A DNA stretch of 64,000 nucleotides, from NCBI RefSeq assembly GCF_009914755.1, contig NC_060935.1; one strand, 5' to 3'. The stretch's first letter is position 1, and every line of letters starts with the position of its first letter. Below, one piece after another: positions 57,144-64,000 of this stretch. The stretch comes from the human T2T-CHM13v2.0 reference genome, Homo sapiens. Position numbers and translations under genes: made by a program. The notes below the pieces were generated by a model. It did no database searches, was not told the DNA's origin, and saw only the letters and a list, made by a program, of their open reading frames with translations.

Positions 57144-60100
57144 AAGCTTGTGCTGCAGTATTTAAGAGTAACAGCTCTGGAGGCAAATTGTGGGAACTGA
57201 TGACTGTCTTCACTCATGGGCAAATAACTTCTGTGTGCCTTAGTTTCCTTTTCTCTAAAAATAGGGTAATAATAGTGCCTAACCCAAAGATATGTTATAA
57301 ATTACTATACATAAGGCATTTGGAACTATGCCTAGTACATAGGTGACGCTCAGTAAATATTAGCTGTTTGGTTACATCACTTGTACTTGGGTTTTTGGTG
57401 ACGTTTAAAGGTCTGTCTGCCCTTTCTGTTAGTTGACAGCATCTTTGAAGCAGCAGACAGTGACAGTTTATTATAGAACTGTCAGATCCAGGCTAACAGA
57501 GAAGATTTTTCTTCATGTCCTTGCTGATCTCCAGCATTACTGTGTTCATCCTTGAATTCACTGCAGATTCTGACAACACACAAAATCCAGAGCAGCTTGG
57601 TTTTTCAGATACCTGATTGGGCAGATGAAGAAGAGTCAGCACTCCAGTTTGCACCACTAGTAATAAAAGAAAACAAATATTTCACAAGGACAGTTAGGTG
57701 GATGGCTATCAAATATTAATCACAACCACCACTGCAACTCATTAATAGTAGTAGGCGTTTGGGTAAGAGACAGTATGTTAGCTGCTTATGTAATCTTTTA
57801 TTTGGAAAAGAGAAATGCCTGTGAAAACACTCTGGGTTTCCACTTAGAATGAGTGGGGACACATCTGGCTGATGATTGAAAGACTGACATTTCAGTAGGC
57901 AGCAAGGAGCCAGAGGTTGAGGAAAACTCATTTCCTCTTATTGCAACCTGATCCAGAGAGGTTTTTAGGGCATGGACAATGACAGCTCACCTGGAAGACA
58001 TTGTATACTTGTCAGGATTATTTTGTCCAGATTATCAACTACAGAGTAGAAAAATTAGTCATAATTTAATAATAAAAAAGACCTTCCAATTTCAGTAGCT
58101 GGACAAATGCACGAAGAAGCATATATAAAATATATTTATCTCCTGACTATCAAACATAGTCATCTGTCTTCTGTCTTTGTCTCTTTATTTTGTTACTGTC
58201 TTCCCCTCCAGATGGTAAGGTTGATGAGGAGAGAAATTTTGCCTCTCTTTCTCATGGCTGTATTTTCTCATCCTGAAATAATTCCAGACACATTGCAGGT
58301 AGTCTATACTTAGCTGTTGAGTAATTAAATGAATCCGTGAAAAAAAAAAGAAAACCACTTAAATGTCCAGAGAGAAAATTTGGTAAAATATAACACAGCA
58401 CTTCCATACACAGGAAAAAAATGAAGGCATTAAAAGTGATAATGCACTTTTAAACCCCTATGTTGATATGGAAAGACACAATTATATATTTAGTGAAAAA
58501 ATCATCTTGCAAAGCAGTTTATAGTTATATATATGTATCTCTATACATTTGCTTATAAAAATCTGTAGACTATCAGTAGTGATCTTTGGGTGGGGAGGCA
58601 ATGGGAGGCTTATTTCTTACTTATACCTTTCTGTATTGTCTGAAAAATTTAAATGTAAGCATGGATTTCTTTAAAATTCAGAAAAGTAATTTTTTAAAAA
58701 TAGATCTTTTTTTGAGCTTACAAACCCTTCCTTGAAAGCCTTTCTGCTCTAATTTGCTGCAGCTGCTGAGGGCAACAGAAACTTGGCACTTGAGATTTTT
58801 GAGAAGTATCCAGATAATTTCTTCTGCTTAATTAGCATGGGGTTGAACTTGTTGGAATTTCAGAAGAAAAAAACAAAAAAACACCAGCTCCTGGCATGAA
58901 GTAGCCCCTCAATACATGCTTGTTAAGTGAAATGAATAAAGTTGGAGACTTACACATGGCTTGTTCTTTATTGAAGTAGTTCCCGTTGGCTCCAGGTTGA
59001 AAGACTTGATCAGTGGCATTCTGGAGAACCATGACAGTTACCCCAAGTTCAAGGTCTTGCCTATATCCCTCAAATGTATTTTTTTCAAAATCTCACCCTT
59101 GTAGATTAGGTAGGAATGAATGAATTTGGCCTGGTTAGTAATATTAATTTTTTTAATGTGGGAATCAGCTTATGTATTTTATAATAGAATTAGACTGAGT
59201 TCCAGATCACACAGTTTTTGAGTGTTGAACTGGTACTAAAACCATTGCTACCATCCTTGCCTTCTGAGATTTTACAAAGTCTGAGAGTTTCAAAATTTAA
59301 TAAGGACCACAGTCATTTCAGGCCTAGGTCAGTGGGAGACATAGCCTATCAATGAAGTATTAAAATAACCACTGAAGTTACGTTGTCTCTTACTATATAC
59401 CAGTCACTGGGCTAAATTTATTACTTGCATTTTCTCGCTTAATCCTCCTGGCCACCCTCTAGGGTGGATGCCATTATTATTCCTGTTTTAGAGATGTTGT
59501 AGCTATCATTAAGGGGACATTAATACCCTGCTTGAGGTCATACATGTGGACTTAATATGACACATCTGGGACACGCAGCCAGCTCTTACCCACTATAGAG
59601 TCTGTCCTCTTAAACCATTCTATACTGTCTTTCTGCCTGTTACATTTTTTAATTCATCCGTAAGGGAACAACGTACTTTATGCACATTCCTGATCTCTTC
59701 TGGTTCCCAAATGGTCCCATTTGAGATCATTCCAGAAAGATGTGGAGACCTTGCCAACAGCAGGGCTATTTCACAATAAGAGTATATTAAACCTGCTTTG
59801 CTTTGTTGTCAATGTTGCTTTGAGTCTCGAATTTAGGCTGTTCAAGTTAAAACTCATAGATCTTTTTAGATAATATCTGGAAATATAGAGCTACATTTAA
59901 GGATTGTGTGACATGCTGGTTTAATTAGCCAATAGAGAAGCAAAAACTATATTCTTTTGGAAGGATGCCTTCTTTATTGACCTTACATAAATGGAAAGAA
60001 ATCTGGTTCATCTGATTTCACTTAATTGATTTCCTATTTAAAGGGAAAATAGGATGTTTGTAGTTATAAACATATATCTCATTAGCTAGAACCTTGCACA

Positions 60101-62324
60101 GTTTCTTCATTAAGTCATTATTACTTAGGACAGCAAGAGGTAAGTTTGTTTGCAATAGCCTATGCATATAATGATGCAGAAATAGAACAATTAATTTTTC
60201 AACATAAAATATCACAGAGTGAACACAGGCACCCCAATATAAGAGAGAAGTAATTTAAGTATTGAAAAAGGGACATGGAGACCAGTTAATTGCCAGGATC
60301 TGAAAGTCAGCGGTCTAATCCGATTAAATATGTAAATGCTGCAGTGGTGTTCATTTTCAGTGTCCTTTAGGGCTAATAATTAAATGATGGATTTAGAAAT
60401 TAATTGCTAGGTAGTGGAGTGCGTGTGCAGAAAGCATGGAGTCCTTTCACCAGCTGTGCCCACTTGCAAGTTCTATGGCCTTGGTCGTTTCTGACTTGGC
60501 CATAAAGGAAGTGAAAAGAAATTTACACCAAGAACAAATAACCTCCTTCCTCTGCCTTCTCTCTGACATGACAGTCAAAATGAGAGAATATTCTCCCTTG
60601 AGGACAGTGCTGTATTGCTGCTTGACTTGTAATAAGTGTCAGGAGAGTAGCACTAGGGAAAGATGAAAACCGAATCTTAGCGGTCTTGCTCTTCCTGTTA
60701 GAGAAGAAAATGCCTGTGTAAACCTGGGTGTCTGGTTCATAATGGAAAAAGTCTCTGCCTGCCTGCATCAGCCTACAGCCATCTCCACCTCCTTCAGTTC
60801 CCAGAGGGAACATTGTCTTAACAGTGCACCCAGAGCATCTCTTCCATTGTCATCTTGACTTACTTAGTTTACTGCATACCTAAGCCTGTTTCTTCTAGAT
60901 AACTGTATAAGGAGAGCCAGGGATGTTGGGTGATATGTGATTTCTTGCTAGTATTTTGGCTCCATATACTGTAGTCATGTGCTGGCATGCTCTGGGTGGG
61001 GTCGCTCAGGTACCAGTCTGCCTCTCGGCTCCATCCTAGACAGGTAGGCTGGAAGAGTAGCCCGATTGCATTCTAACTAGATATGAGCCTTCCTTCTATT
61101 GGGTAAACTCATAGCACATTGTTTGTAAATCTGTTATATTATTTATTTGAATTATCCTTGAATGGTACTATGTGCCTCATATAAGGCCTTACACGTTCCA
61201 TAAAGATCTCATACAGAGTTAGAGAATATGGAATTAAATGAATAAATGCATGATGAGGAGAAAATACAAAGTTCTGTCTTCTTGGTAGGTATTGGTCAAA
61301 GTAAAAGAAAATTAGAAACATTTTGTATTGAAATCAGCATATCAACTGAGAGACATTCAGATTCAATTCAGATTTAGTTCCAATTAACTTTTTTTTTCTT
61401 TTTACTCTTAATGTTTTAAAAATAGAGCATGCATGTGGCAACAAGTTCAAATAATAAAAACTAACATGTATGTATCACATTTGTAGGGAGTCCTGATATG
61501 TGGGGGATATCAGGACTTTTCTTAAGCACTTGTCAATACTAGCTTTTTTGGGGTATAATTTACTTGAAAGTACTTTGTACATTTAGACATCGTAAGTGCC
61601 AGCTTCCTTCTCTCAATAGCTGACAGCTCTGTATTGTAAGGGACCACAGAAGAGTGTCTTATGATTCTTTACATTCCTGGCAAGTTTAATGCCGTCCCTT
61701 GTATATAATAGGTGTTTAGTGTTTGTTAGTTGAACAGAACAGACAAACACATTGGACTTCACCTATCTGGGGTTTCATTTATTATTTCTCGATGAAGAAA
61801 GTTAAAAGAGATGTTAGAAATGGCCAAAGCTCAACGTAATGAGTGAATTTGTGATAGGAATTTTAGACATGAGTAATGGGAGATATTTTGAGCTGAGTCG
61901 ATTGTTTTATCATGTCAGGTGAGCAGCCTTCTCTATGCCTACAGTAAAGGCTGCCTATGGCTTCTGTTAAAACCTATTTGTGTGTGCTCCTTCTTTTTTA
62001 TGGAAAGGCAAAATTGATAGGAGTAGAGAACATAGGGTTTGAATTCAAACCAACCTGGGCTTGAATCCCTACCCTACTGCTGACTAGCTGCTTGTCACTA
62101 CTGGACAGCTTTCTAAAGCATCTGGACTCAAAAACTCACAAGAATGAAACACATAGGCATGGTGGAAATCAGAGATAATATGACTTACATGGTATATTGT
62201 AGGCACTCAGTGATGATTACTGTTTTGATAATTGTTTTTATTTCAGAAAGCCATATATTCATGGAATATTTCCTAGTGTTTATAAGGTACCTGTGGAGTT
62301 CTAATGAAACAAACACATTTCATT

Positions 62325-62789
62325 CTTTTTAACAACTTATTTAGATTGGTAAATAATAATTATATGTATTGATAGGGTACAATGTGATATTTTGCCCAGT
62401 TGTACACTGTAGAAAGACTAAGTCAAGCCAATTAACATATCTATCACCTCACCAACTTTTTTGTGGTGAGAACATTAAAAATCTAGTATTTAGCAATTTT
62501 TAAATATATAATACATTATTATTACTGTGACCATACAGTGCAATAGATCACTAAAATTTATAAGTAAAGTAAGCCAGGCACAGGAAGACAAATACTATAT
62601 GATTTCAGTATAAAAAAGAAAGTATAAAAATATGCTTTTTATATAAAAGTATTAAAAGGTCTATTTCATATAAATAGAGAGTAGAAATGTGGTTACCAGA
62701 GGCTGATGTGGAGGAGGGATGGCAAAAAGGGAGATTCTGATTAAAGAGTTACAAAGTTTCAGTTAGACTGGAGTGGTACATTTTAGTGA
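62325..62789 (-). mobile_element. L1MA (about L1MA7-8) 3' end with 5' inversion
   Basis: Antisense 3' end at 62325-62560 is joined to the adjacent upstream L1MA segment in sense orientation at 62561-62789. Confidence 0.7.
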
Positions 62790-62819
62790 CATATTTCAGC
62801 CATCTTTCCGCATCCCAAA

Positions 62820-63409
62820 TGTCGAGTCTGCTCTGGCTGCCGTAACAAAATACCATAGACTATGATGTGGCTTGAAGAACAGAAATGTATTTTCTCACAG
62901 TTCTGAAGGCTGGATGGCTGAGATCAGGGTGTGAGCATGGTTGGGTTCTGGTGAAGGCTCTTCTTCTTGACTTGCAGATGGCCGACTTCTCACTTTTGTT
63001 GTCACAGAGAGAGAGAAAGGGAGAGAGAGAAAGAGTGTGCGTGTGAGCATGAGCATGCTAGCACTTGGGCTGTTATAACAAAATACTATAAACTTGGTTG
63101 CTTATAAGCAACAGAAACTTACTTTTCACAGTTGTGGGGGCTGGGAAGTCCAAGATCAAGGCACCAGCAGATTTAGTGTCTGACGACGGACTGCTTTCTC
63201 ACAGATGGCACCTTCTTGCTGTGTCCTCACATGGTTGAAGGGGCAAGGCAGCTTTCTGAAGCCTCTTTTATCACTAATCCTATTCATGAGGGCTTTACCT
63301 TCATGACCTAATCATCTCCTAGAAGACCTCATGTCCTAATACCATCATCTTGGGGGGTAGGATTTCAATATATGAGTTTTGGGGGGAAACTGACATTCAG
63401 ACCCTAGCA
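62820..63409 (-). mobile_element. Two adjacent MLT1A-type LTR pieces
   Basis: The terminus 'ggctgc(c/t)gtaacaaaatac..' occurs twice (about 62835 and 63067). The second copy runs to 'acattcagaccctagca'. Confidence 0.75.
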
Positions 63410-64000
63410 GGAGCAGTGGGTTTATACAGAGGGTTTCGAAGCTCAATGGGTCATGGTCTTGTTTGATTGCTATGTCTAAGTAGATTAACAGGTTTGTCAT
63501 TTGAATTTTAAAATTCCTTAAATTAAAGTGAGAAGGCAGCGAGAGTGGCTAATGGCCGGGTACACAAGTGTCATTAAATTCTTGGACTGCCATTAGTGTC
63601 AAGGCAGTACTATTCCCTTGCTCTAAGATATTTGACCAGAAGTGTGCAAAATGGAGGTTGGAGGTTAAGTGGTTGTATTTAAATGGAAGATGTCCGCATA
63701 TATTATGGTAGAACATGAGGGCTCATCACTAGACAGAGATTTAGTGAAGGCAGAACACAGAAATCCACATGCCCCCACTTCTGGCATTTCTGGGTATTGT
63801 GAACATTATCTAATTTTGGGCCCATCTCCTTAATGATCTTGAAAATTATCTTTAGGTGACCTAGCTTTGAAGTCAAGTTATGTTTGTTACCAGCTGCATG
63901 ATCCTGGACTAATCACAAAACCTCACTGAGCCTCAATTTCTTATTCTTAATGATGTAGTTTGAGGATACCTTACTCAGACAAGGACTACAAATCAGATTA

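Noticed and set aside
56825-57223. His/Thr- and Cys/Val-rich ORFs, and a repeat that could suggest an array
   Set aside because: Low-complexity TG/CA tract with a two-copy duplication; no spacer-repeat array.

Overview
This window looks like human genomic DNA: it carries a human-specific AluYb8 and an L1HS pre-Ta insertion. It is AT-rich, CpG-poor and intronic or intergenic. I found no credible protein-coding exon, CpG island or RNA gene. The ORF track is essentially transposon-derived or spurious. The main structure is a 5.7 kb two-LTR class III (ERVL-type, LTR47-like) provirus at 9762-15459 with a 5-bp TSD. It has a perfect tRNA-Arg(ACG) primer binding site, a GAC-TAG-GGG gag-pro read-through junction, decayed pro/RT/RNaseH/IN, a possible dUTPase-derived domain and a gamma-type env remnant. 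Other mechanistically informative events are a twin-primed pre-Ta L1HS, an L1PA7-like copy with a ~96 bp 3' transduction and an insertion-associated deletion, and an ERV1 (MER61-like) element with one LTR but an intact 4-bp TSD, which suggests a cryptic att end. Unique DNA contains a 31-bp dispersed repeat and some homeodomain-motif clusters that could be enhancers. Repeat family names come from recalled consensus sequences and need RepeatMasker/Dfam confirmation. I do not see a genuinely new biological system; the findings are unusual retroelement architectures.
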